Source: a virus (lineage: Duplodnaviria > Caudoviricetes). Taken from it: 64,000 nucleotides of DNA. The position numbers and the translations under genes were made by a program. Below, piece by piece: positions 51,459 through 59,447 of this stretch (its first letter is position 1; every line of letters starts with the position of its first letter). The DNA lies in the IMG/VR virus record IMGVR_UViG_3300032301_001148, positions 12,049-76,048 of that record; one strand, 5' to 3'. The notes beneath the pieces were generated by a model that was not told where the DNA came from, made no database searches, and saw only the letters and a program-made list of their open reading frames with translations.

Positions 51459-52245
51459 CATTGTAAATATTGAAAAGGCTATTGCAATGGTAAAAACTTT
51501 TGGTTTTGAAATAAAACCATTAGATATAAATACGTCCGGTGTTCGCTGGGGTATATCAGATGATGGTAAAACATTAATCCAACCTCTATCTTCTATTAAA
51601 GGTCTTGGCGATACTGCTATGGCGGAAATCATGAAGCACCGTCCATTTAGGGACGTAGAACATTTACTGTTCAGTGAAGATATTGTTTACAGCAAGCTAA
51701 ACAAGAAAGCTTTGGACGCATTAACACGCAGCGGAGCTATGAATAATCTAATGGATAAAAGATTTACTGGATTAAAGCACTTCTGGTCTGCTGTTGTAGT
51801 AGACCGTCCAAAGAATGTTAAGAAGCTACATGAAAACATTGACAAGTATAAGCCAGAAGGAGATTTCACAACTGAAGAAACAATTGAAAATCTAACTTCA
51901 CTTTCTGGTGTATATCCAATCAACCTTGTCGTTGATGCGAAAACACTAAAGAACATTGAAGATAAATATATACCTCCTATTGGAGATTACGACCCAGCAT
52001 TAGGAGAAGTTGTTTGGTTTATTCCTCGTAAGATTACAGAAAAGAAAACAAAGAATGGAAAGATGTTTTGGATTCTTGAAGTTACCGATATTACAAACAA
52101 GATTACCAATATCAAGTGCTGGGGAGTAAATCCAGAAAAGGATAAGATTTGGCTTAACAGACCATATCTTGGTAAGTTACAGTACGATGAAACATGGGGA
52201 TTTAGTACCAGAAGTATTAAGCACACATTTAAACTATTAGGATAA
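51451..52245 (+). CDS. dnaE: DNA polymerase III alpha, C-terminal fragment (HhH, OB fold)
   Basis: PLDINTS, LSSIKGLG, GAMNNL and OB-fold motifs; own ATG overlapping the endonuclease stop. Confidence 0.9.
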   Translation: MSDIVNIEKAIAMVKTFGFEIKPLDINTSGVRWGISDDGKTLIQPLSSIKGLGDTAMAEIMKHRPFRDVEHLLFSEDIVYSKLNKKALDALTRSGAMNNLMDKRFTGLKHFWSAVVVDRPKNVKKLHENIDKYKPEGDFTTEETIENLTSLSGVYPINLVVDAKTLKNIEDKYIPPIGDYDPALGEVVWFIPRKITEKKTKNGKMFWILEVTDITNKITNIKCWGVNPEKDKIWLNRPYLGKLQYDETWGFSTRSIKHTFKLLG

Positions 52246-52248
52246 TAT

Positions 52249-52587
52249 ATGACAGAACAAAGACCTTGGGGATATTATAAGATTTTAGAAGATGCCGATA
52301 CGCATAAAGTTAAACGTATTTGCGTTAATCCAAATCAGCGTTTAAGTTTGCAATCTCACGCTAAACGTGAAGAACTATGGATTATTTTAAAAGGTAGGGG
52401 ATTTGTAACTTTAGATGATAAAGATATTTTAGTAATTCCCGGTTCCATTATACGTATACCATTGGGAGCAAAACATCGTGTAAAAAACGATGGTGTGGAA
52501 GATTTAGAGTTTATTGAAGTTCAAACAGGTAGTTATTTTGGCGAAGATGATATTGTTCGCTATAGCGATGATTACGGGAGAGCATAA
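52249..52587 (+). CDS. Cupin, mannose-6-phosphate isomerase type II C-domain-like
   Basis: RPWG, LSLQSH.KR.E.W, IEVQTG.YFGEDDIVR.SDDYGR. Confidence 0.9.
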   Translation: MTEQRPWGYYKILEDADTHKVKRICVNPNQRLSLQSHAKREELWIILKGRGFVTLDDKDILVIPGSIIRIPLGAKHRVKNDGVEDLEFIEVQTGSYFGEDDIVRYSDDYGRA

Positions 52588-52588
52588 T

Positions 52589-52984
52589 ATGAAAATAGTA
52601 GCGTGTTCGGGTTATTTCAACCCTTTACATAAGGGACATGTAGAATATCTAGAAAAAGCAAAATCATTAGGCGATAAGCTTGTAGTCATTGTTAATAGTG
52701 ACCACCAGCGAGCCTTAAAAGGCTCAAAAGAATTTATGAGTCAAGAAGAACGAATGATTATTGTTAAGGCTTTACGATGTGTAGATGAAGTGATACTATC
52801 AGTAGATAAAGACGGAACTGTTTGCGAGTCACTGAAGCTGGTTAGACCAGACATATTTGCCAAAGGTGGAGATAGATTCGCAAACGAAATACCAGAAGCA
52901 AAAGTTTGTGATGAATTAAAAATAACTATGGTAGATGGTTTAGGAAATAAGATTCAAAGCTCTTCGTGGTTACTAGATAAATAG
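52589..52984 (+). CDS. Cytidylyltransferase (TagD/RfaE family)
   Basis: SGYFNPLHKGH (HxGH), KGGDR, SSS; start refined from 52514. Confidence 0.9.
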   Translation: MKIVACSGYFNPLHKGHVEYLEKAKSLGDKLVVIVNSDHQRALKGSKEFMSQEERMIIVKALRCVDEVILSVDKDGTVCESLKLVRPDIFAKGGDRFANEIPEAKVCDELKITMVDGLGNKIQSSSWLLDK

Positions 52985-52993
52985 GAGATACTA

Positions 52994-53434
52994 ATGGTTG
53001 AATTACAATGCAAGAAGTTAACTGATACTGCTAAACTTCCTTCTAAAGCACATTTTGAAGATGCTGCTTATGATTTATTTGCCGATATTCCTAACGGTTC
53101 ATTGCAAATTCCAGCTGGTGAAACACGAATAGTGCCAACAGGTATGGCTATTATGCCACCCCAAGGTTGGAGTTGTGATATTCGTGGGCGTAGTGGAATG
53201 TCTAGCAAGGGCAAGTTAGTGTCTCTAGGATTGGTAGATGCATATTACACTGGTCCTTGGGGTATTATTCTTTTTAATAGCACACCAGATACTTTGACAA
53301 TTAATCATCACGATAAGATTGCTCAATTTACAGTTAATCGCGTGAATGATAGTACATTGAAAGTAGTAGAGGATTTTAAAACTCCTGAAAATGCTCGCGG
53401 TGAAGGTGGCTTTGGCAGTACAGGACAAAAATAA
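52994..53434 (+). CDS. dut: dUTPase (trimeric)
   Basis: AYDL, GRSG, G.VD..YTG, IAQ and RGEGGFGSTG motifs. Confidence 0.95.
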   Translation: MVELQCKKLTDTAKLPSKAHFEDAAYDLFADIPNGSLQIPAGETRIVPTGMAIMPPQGWSCDIRGRSGMSSKGKLVSLGLVDAYYTGPWGIILFNSTPDTLTINHHDKIAQFTVNRVNDSTLKVVEDFKTPENARGEGGFGSTGQK

Positions 53435-53682
53435 TGGCATACGAAATCGGTGAATTGATATTATTTCATGACGCTGAAGGTAATGTAGATAACACAGCTA
53501 TTGTCCTAGATAGTAGGACACTAGAACATTCTGAACATTATTATCCTTCTCATGCTCAAGAAAAGATTTATAAAATTCATCTTACAGAAGATGGAAACGT
53601 AATAGAATATCCAGAATATCATCTAAAAATGCGAGCATCTAGTCGTAAAGAATATGAGGCTAAATATGGGTTCAAGAAGTAA
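53434..53682 (+). CDS. Hypothetical protein
   Basis: TAATG overlap. Confidence 0.6.
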   Translation: MAYEIGELILFHDAEGNVDNTAIVLDSRTLEHSEHYYPSHAQEKIYKIHLTEDGNVIEYPEYHLKMRASSRKEYEAKYGFKK

Positions 53683-53917
53683 AACTGGTAATAAAACAAA
53701 TAAGCTTAAAAATAGAATGGCTCAACAGGCCAGTATGATTTTAAATATTCCTGATAATTGTAAAATTTGTAATGAACCATTTGACAAGAAGAACAAAATG
53801 ATGGTAATGTCATGGTTCGTTGAAGTCTATAACGAACAAAAACGTGTAGATTTATATTGCCCAAAATGCAATGAAGATAGGAAAAGTCATGAAACTTCAA
53901 GAAACACTAACATTTGA
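53666..53917 (+). CDS. Hypothetical CxxC protein
   Basis: CKIC...FD and LYCPKC. Confidence 0.6.
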   Translation: MGSRSKTGNKTNKLKNRMAQQASMILNIPDNCKICNEPFDKKNKMMVMSWFVEVYNEQKRVDLYCPKCNEDRKSHETSRNTNI

Positions 53918-54722
53918 TGATGTTTTGCTGGTACCACAATATAGCGATATTGAATCTAGGAAACAAACTGATATTTCTTCCCTTCTTGATAATACAATCA
54001 AGTTACAAATACCTATTATCTCAAGTCCAATGGATACTGTAACTGGCCAAGTAATGGCTTGTGAAATAAGCATTCTTGGTGGTTTAGGAATATTACATAG
54101 ATACAATACGCCTGACCAACAGGCAGATATGGTTAAATACTGCAAAGATAATAAGGCTGGCTCTGTAGGTGCTGCGGTTGGGTCTACTGGTGACTTTCTA
54201 GAAAGAACAGAAAAGCTATTAAACGCTGGTGTTAATGTTCTATGTGTAGATGTAGCTCATGGCGACCATATATCAGTAAAGAATGCTATTGCAGCCATAA
54301 GAGCAAAGTTTGGCTATAAGATACACATAATGGCAGGCAACGTAGCCACCAAAGAAGCTTTTGAGCGTTTGTCTGATTGGGGTGCAGACAGTATACGTGT
54401 TGGTGTCGGCGGGGGATGTTTTATACCAGATACTCTAGTTCGTACAGAGAGTGGCTTAAAAAAAATACAAGAAATCCTCATAGGTGATTCAGTTTTTACT
54501 CACGATGGTAGTTTACAAACTGTAATTGATACAATGAAGTTTTATAAAAATGAAGAGATAATTTCTATTAATGGTATTGAATGCACTAAAAATCATGAAT
54601 TCTATGTAATAGAAAAAAAAGATGCCCATTTAGTAAATGATAACAATATTCATGAATATGCAAAATGGGTAGAGGCTGATTATTTAGATAAAGAAAGATA
54701 TTTATTAATTGAATTAGAATAG
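53889..54722 (+). CDS. guaB: IMPDH/GuaB-family N-terminal part (176 aa) fused to a split N-intein (101 aa)
   Basis: LTFDDVLLVP, SSPMDTV, VDVAHG, AGNVAT, RVGVGGG then CFIPDT... Confidence 0.92.
   Translation: MKLQETLTFDDVLLVPQYSDIESRKQTDISSLLDNTIKLQIPIISSPMDTVTGQVMACEISILGGLGILHRYNTPDQQADMVKYCKDNKAGSVGAAVGSTGDFLERTEKLLNAGVNVLCVDVAHGDHISVKNAIAAIRAKFGYKIHIMAGNVATKEAFERLSDWGADSIRVGVGGGCFIPDTLVRTESGLKKIQEILIGDSVFTHDGSLQTVIDTMKFYKNEEIISINGIECTKNHEFYVIEKKDAHLVNDNNIHEYAKWVEADYLDKERYLLIELE
54417..54719 (+). other. Split intein N-fragment
   Basis: Block A CFIPDTLV, block B CTKNHEF, ends LLIELE*; very like the IMPDH-1 N-intein as recalled. Confidence 0.92.
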
Positions 54723-54771
54723 GCAGCGGATTACCATGTTTGCACACTATTTACACTAGGAGGCACCACGT

Positions 54772-55572
54772 ATGACTATAGTATGCAAACAGTGTAAGAG
54801 GGAGTTTCTTACAAAAGATAAAAGACAAAAATATTGTTCAAAAAATTGTTATCATGACTTCAACACGGGTTCAAATAATCATTTTTTCTATTATAGAAAT
54901 TCCAAAGAAAAAATACAAAAAATAAATAAAATAAACTCTGATAATTTTAGGGGAGAAGGTAATCCTTTTTATGGTAAAAAACATTCTGACAATACAATAG
55001 AAAATATAAAAGAAAAAAATAGAATTTATAGAGAAAACAATAAAGAAAAAATAGAACAATCAAATTTAGATAGACTTAACTTAACTAAACAAAAAATAAT
55101 TGATATTTTTAACGAATATAAAAATACACATTTAAATTTTCAAAGTATTGAAGAAAAATATAATGTAGATAAAAGAGTATTAAAAAAATACTTTATAAAG
55201 CATGCTTGTACAAAAGAAGAATTAGAAAAAATTTGCTTTAATAAAAAATATAAAAACTCTACATCAGCTGGAGAAGAAACTTTATATTTGCTTTTATGTA
55301 ATCAATTTGGAAAAGAAAAAATAAAAAGACAGTTCAACTTATCTTTTTATTATTATGATTTTTTAGTTGATTCAAAATTAATAGTAGAGTATGATGGTTA
55401 TTATTGGCATCAAGTGTTAGAAAGTAACGATTTCATTAAAAATGAATTAGCTAAATCTAACAATTATGCGTTATATAGAGTTAGAGAAGACGAAAAAAGA
55501 AAAGTAGATTTTCTTAAAGAAATTAAAAATATAAAAGAGGCTATAAATGAAATTCAAGCTAAAGCCAATTAA
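54772..55572 (+). CDS. Vsr-like (DUF559-type) homing endonuclease between the IMPDH halves
   Basis: N-terminal CxxC...CS..C, NUMOD-like GEGNPFYGKKH, C-terminal YDF...IVEYDGYYWH; AGGAGG RBS. Confidence 0.85.
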   Translation: MTIVCKQCKREFLTKDKRQKYCSKNCYHDFNTGSNNHFFYYRNSKEKIQKINKINSDNFRGEGNPFYGKKHSDNTIENIKEKNRIYRENNKEKIEQSNLDRLNLTKQKIIDIFNEYKNTHLNFQSIEEKYNVDKRVLKKYFIKHACTKEELEKICFNKKYKNSTSAGEETLYLLLCNQFGKEKIKRQFNLSFYYYDFLVDSKLIVEYDGYYWHQVLESNDFIKNELAKSNNYALYRVREDEKRKVDFLKEIKNIKEAINEIQAKAN

Positions 55573-56167
55573 TCATATTGAAAAAAAATATTACACAGGT
55601 TTTGTTCACGACTTAACGGTACAAAAAAATCATTCTTACAATATAAATGGAACAATTGTTCATAATTCTATTTGTTCAACCAGAATTCAGACAGGCCATG
55701 GTGTTCCAACACTTTGGTCTGTTTCAGATTGCTCCAATACAACAAAAAGAGCAAAACTAATTGCCGATGGTGGTATAAAAACATCTGGCGATATAGTTAA
55801 AGCTTTAGCTGCTGGAGCAGATTTTGTTATGCTTGGTTCTATGCTAGCAGGCACAGATGTTTCACCGGGAGACATTTTTGAAGAAAACGGTAAACAATAT
55901 AAAGTTTATCGTGGAATGGCTAGCAAAGAAGCGCAAATAGATTGGAAGGGTAGCTATTCCAGCTTTGAAGGAGTAGCGTCTAAAATACTCTATAAGGGTT
56001 GTTTACCAAATATTCTAGAAGATATTACGAGAAATATTCGTAGCGGACTTTCATATAGTGGCGCAAATGACTTGGTAGAACTGCAAGCTAAGGCTAAATT
56101 TATTAAGCAATCTAGCGCTGCACAGATTGAAAGCTCGCCGCACATTTTAATTAAAAATGGAAAATAA
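55547..56167 (+). CDS. guaB: Split C-intein (40 aa, 55547-55666) fused to the IMPDH C-terminal part (166 aa)
   Basis: VHDLTV...HSY...IVHN|SICSTR, then IADGGI..SGDI.KAL and YRGMAS. Confidence 0.92.
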   Translation: MKFKLKPINHIEKKYYTGFVHDLTVQKNHSYNINGTIVHNSICSTRIQTGHGVPTLWSVSDCSNTTKRAKLIADGGIKTSGDIVKALAAGADFVMLGSMLAGTDVSPGDIFEENGKQYKVYRGMASKEAQIDWKGSYSSFEGVASKILYKGCLPNILEDITRNIRSGLSYSGANDLVELQAKAKFIKQSSAAQIESSPHILIKNGK

Positions 56168-56471
56168 TGAAAAAAAGCTTGTATTTAAGATTGATGAAGA
56201 TTTGCATGCAAGGTTTCGTATCGCTTTACGTTATGATAGCCTCACTCAATCGTCATTTGTTAAATATATTATTGCGGGTTATTTAACTAACGATATTAAT
56301 ATTCGTAATTTTATTGATAATGCTCTAGCAGATAAATTAAGCAAGCACCGTAAGAGAAATAGAAAATTAGATAGAAAACAATATGATAGTGTAGTAAATG
56401 ATTTTGCCTTGAATGAACAAGAAATACAAAATATCTTTGATTTAATAGAAAGCGAGAATCCAGATTTATGA
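56157..56471 (+). CDS. Possible ribbon-helix-helix regulator
   Basis: LVFKIDEDLHARFRIAL N-terminus. Confidence 0.45.
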   Translation: MENNEKKLVFKIDEDLHARFRIALRYDSLTQSSFVKYIIAGYLTNDINIRNFIDNALADKLSKHRKRNRKLDRKQYDSVVNDFALNEQEIQNIFDLIESENPDL

Positions 56472-56710
56472 GTGAATTTAAGAGTTGCGTACAAGCTTGT
56501 CAAAAATTAGGTGTATCTTGTCCAAATAAAGATTGCAGACAGTGGATAAAATATGAAGAAGATTTAAACTGTTCTTTTATCGCCATAGATAAAAATGATA
56601 AAATGACTTTAAGGGATGTCGCAAAGCGTCTAAATTACAGTTTTGTTCGGGTAAAACAAATTGAGGAAACGGCTTTGCAAAAAATGAATAAGAGATTGGG
56701 TAAATTGTAG
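56468..56710 (+). CDS. Cys-rich protein with sigma70 region-4-like HTH
   Basis: MTLRDVAKRLNYSFVRVKQIEETALQKM. Confidence 0.7.
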   Translation: MSEFKSCVQACQKLGVSCPNKDCRQWIKYEEDLNCSFIAIDKNDKMTLRDVAKRLNYSFVRVKQIEETALQKMNKRLGKL

Positions 56711-56798
56711 TTAAAAGTACAGATTTATGTACTTTTTGAAGTTAAGTTGACTATTTATTTTAAATTTGTGTCATACAAATTATTTTAGGAGATAATAC

Positions 56799-57689
56799 AT
56801 GAGCAAAAAACAATTATTAAACGAATCAGAGATTCGTCGTTTTATGAAATTGGCCAATCTTGAACCATTGACCAAGGCCGTAGTAACAGAAATGGCAGCA
56901 GTTAATCAAATTCCACAAGATACTCGTCGTCCAGAAACTGGCATGCAACAAGAAATGATGGGTAAGGAAGATGAAGCTAAGAATCTTTCTATGGAAGCTG
57001 AAGATGCCATGGAAGTAGAAGTAGGTGACGAAGCAGACCCAGAAAAACAATCTGCTTTTGAAGCTGCTGTTAAGGCACTTGCTGATGCAATGGGCATTGA
57101 AGTAGAATTAGAAGGTCAAGAAGAACACGCCGAAGAAGCAGGCGAAGAAATGCACGATTTAGATATGGGTGGCGAGGAAGGCGGTGAAGAATCTGAAGAA
57201 GAAGCTGGCAAAGAAGAAGCCGGTGAAGAAGAAATGGATGAAGCAAAAAAGGCTAAAAAAGAAGAAGGTGAAGAAGAATTAGATGAAACAAAGAAAGAAG
57301 AAGAGGAAGAAGTAGAAGAATCAAAAGCTCTTTCTGAAGATTCTCTCGTAGAAGCTGTATTAGCTCGCGTAACCGCTCGTCTTGTAGCTGAAGCAAAGAA
57401 AAAGAAAATGTCTGCTAAAGAAAAGATGAAGATGAAGGCTAAAGAAAAGAAAGCAGAAAAGAAAGAAGTTGTTGAAGAAGCAACTGATTCAAAGGGTGGC
57501 GGTCCACTATTAAGCAAGGGCGGTAATAAGCATGACGTTTGGAAGGGTCATGCAGATATGGCCTATGCTAAAGGCAAAGAAGGCAAAGGCGGTCACCAAA
57601 TGGAAGACCTTCCTGCTAAAGCAGAACACACTGTAACACACGGTGGCAAAAACCTTGCAACACTCGGTGGTAACAAGAAGAAAGTATAA
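56799..57689 (+). CDS. Glu/Lys-rich putative internal head protein
   Basis: LLNESEIRRFMKLANL start, many LxE sites, ACTATTTAT motif upstream. Confidence 0.6.
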   Translation: MSKKQLLNESEIRRFMKLANLEPLTKAVVTEMAAVNQIPQDTRRPETGMQQEMMGKEDEAKNLSMEAEDAMEVEVGDEADPEKQSAFEAAVKALADAMGIEVELEGQEEHAEEAGEEMHDLDMGGEEGGEESEEEAGKEEAGEEEMDEAKKAKKEEGEEELDETKKEEEEEVEESKALSEDSLVEAVLARVTARLVAEAKKKKMSAKEKMKMKAKEKKAEKKEVVEEATDSKGGGPLLSKGGNKHDVWKGHADMAYAKGKEGKGGHQMEDLPAKAEHTVTHGGKNLATLGGNKKKV

Positions 57690-57719
57690 TAGATAGTCAT
57701 AGTATTATTTCCTAAAGCT

Positions 57720-57756
57720 CACCGGCATATCCCGTAAAAAGGTGTGCCGGTGTTTT
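57720..57756 (+). terminator. Terminator-like hairpin
   Basis: CACCGGCATATC...GGTGTGCCGGTG followed by T4. Confidence 0.7.
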
Positions 57757-57774
57757 AGGTTTAAGGATAAAAAA

Positions 57775-58047
57775 ATGCAAATCTCCAAAAAACAATTAAA
57801 AGAAATTATTGCCGAAGAAATGGAAAGCGTTGCTAATGAAAAAAGCGCAGTTGATACTCTATTAGAGGGCTACGCCGCAGATTATGATGCTAACGAAGCA
57901 ACGGTATCTAAAGAAGCATTAATTGACTTTTTGAATGTACTAGAAGAAGGAACAATTCCATTAGAAGCTTTTCAGGCATTTATGGAAAACATGCCAGAAC
58001 AAACTGTTACTGGTATCTTAAGTGAAGTAGTAGAAACAGAAGAATAA
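57775..58047 (+). CDS. Acidic putative internal head protein
   Basis: MQISKKQLKEIIAEE start; start refined from 57742. Confidence 0.6.
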   Translation: MQISKKQLKEIIAEEMESVANEKSAVDTLLEGYAADYDANEATVSKEALIDFLNVLEEGTIPLEAFQAFMENMPEQTVTGILSEVVETEE

Positions 58048-58062
58048 AATAAAATACTTATT

Positions 58063-58109
58063 AAAACCCGCTATTCTTCTTGTTACAATCAAGAGGTAGT
58101 GGGTTTTTT
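58063..58109 (+). terminator. Terminator
   Basis: AAAACCCGCTA...TAGTGGGTTTTTT. Confidence 0.7.
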
Positions 58110-58126
58110 GTTATCTAAAGGATATT

Positions 58127-58498
58127 ATGAATTACTTTTATTTTATGTTAGGTTTTCTATTTTGTGGTTTATTGGTAGAAATAACAAAAGCCTTCTCTAT
58201 TCGCCAATCGTTTGTAATCCTTGAAAGGCAATTTTTGTTAGGTGCTATGTACCTTATACAATTTAAATATCATGCAATACAGATACTGGAATTGTCATAT
58301 GCGGAAGCCGCTGAAACAAATCCAGAAAAAGCAGAAGAGTGTAAGGTAGTAGTAACAAAAATTCACGAAAAGTTTTCACAATTCGGTGACACTTGGGTAG
58401 CTAATTTTGTTAAACTTTTACCATATAAAACTGAATATAATGATTGGAATTCTGCGATACTATATGTTGAGCGACTACTTAATAAAGAAAACAAATAA
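58127..58498 (+). CDS. Membrane-anchored hypothetical protein
   Basis: Hydrophobic N-terminus; AAGGA RBS. Confidence 0.6.
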   Translation: MNYFYFMLGFLFCGLLVEITKAFSIRQSFVILERQFLLGAMYLIQFKYHAIQILELSYAEAAETNPEKAEECKVVVTKIHEKFSQFGDTWVANFVKLLPYKTEYNDWNSAILYVERLLNKENK

Positions 58499-58509
58499 GG
58501 CTGAATAAC

Positions 58510-58815
58510 ATGGGTATGGCAATTATAATGGATGATAAAGACAAAGATTTATTATTGAAAGGTATAATAAAAAAATATCTAAAAATAGAAGATAATATAT
58601 TATTGTCTGAAAGATTATTTATTGCTAAATCTATATTAAATTGGATATTTGAAAATAGTAAACATCCAAATGTAATTAATCTTTATATGAAAGATTTAGA
58701 AAAATATCTAAATGGTGAGATGGAATTAAAATGGATTAATGGCATAATCACCAAAAAATCCAAGAAAGAAGACAAAAATGATAACAAGAAAACAAAAGAC
58801 ACAAAAGAAGAATAA
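58510..58815 (+). CDS. Hypothetical protein
   Basis: 101-aa ORF. Confidence 0.5.
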   Translation: MGMAIIMDDKDKDLLLKGIIKKYLKIEDNILLSERLFIAKSILNWIFENSKHPNVINLYMKDLEKYLNGEMELKWINGIITKKSKKEDKNDNKKTKDTKEE

Positions 58816-59446
58816 AACACGTATGCCAGAAAATCCAAAAATTGAAGATTTAGAAAAAATGCTTGATGGTCCTATGTTTCAGCTAGAGCAAGCCTCACCA
58901 GAACCAATGCGTGTTGTTGGACTTTTTGGTGATGTAAATGAACAAACTTGTGCTGATGTGGTACAAAACTTACTTGTATTGAGCAAGCAAGGGGAGATTC
59001 CGAAAGAAGAACGTAAGGATAAATATACACACCCGCCTATTGAATTTTATCTTAATACACATGGCGGAAGTGCCAGCGATATGTTTGCGATTTACGATAT
59101 GATGCGCAATGCAAAAAAGAATTGTGAAATTCACACAATTGGTATTGGTAAAATAATGAGTGCTGGTGTTTTGTTATTAGCGGCAGGAACAAAAGGCAAG
59201 CGTAAGATTGGTTCTAATGCACGTGTTATGATTCATTCTGTTTTGGGCGGTAGCGAAGGCCCATTATTTAATCTTGAAAATGAAATGAACGAAATACGTT
59301 TCGTTCAGGAAAAATACAGCAAAGCATTAACACGTGAAACAAATCTTACTTCAAAAGCAATGAAAGATTTATTAGAGAAGCATGTAAATATTTATCTATC
59401 AGCAGAAGAAGCAGTTAAATACGGAATAGCAGACGAGGTATTTTAA
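58778..59446 (+). CDS. clpP: ClpP-like protease
   Basis: YLNTHGG, IMSAG (catalytic Ser), VMIHS, YLSAEEAVKYG.AD; start may be 58823. Confidence 0.9.
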   Translation: MITRKQKTQKKNKTRMPENPKIEDLEKMLDGPMFQLEQASPEPMRVVGLFGDVNEQTCADVVQNLLVLSKQGEIPKEERKDKYTHPPIEFYLNTHGGSASDMFAIYDMMRNAKKNCEIHTIGIGKIMSAGVLLLAAGTKGKRKIGSNARVMIHSVLGGSEGPLFNLENEMNEIRFVQEKYSKALTRETNLTSKAMKDLLEKHVNIYLSAEEAVKYGIADEVF

Positions 59447-59447
59447 A

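Noticed and set aside
50690-51460. Group I intron interrupting dnaE
   Set aside because: Only about 60 non-coding nt upstream and none downstream of the endonuclease ORF; no P3-P9 core visible; the C-part has its own ATG
56713-56736. AAAAGTACA/TGTACTTTT palindrome as an operator for the upstream HTH protein
   Set aside because: Single copy, and equally explained as a weak terminator
57000-57500. Tandem DNA repeats (GAAGAA runs)
   Set aside because: They simply encode the Glu-rich low-complexity protein; no fixed repeat unit
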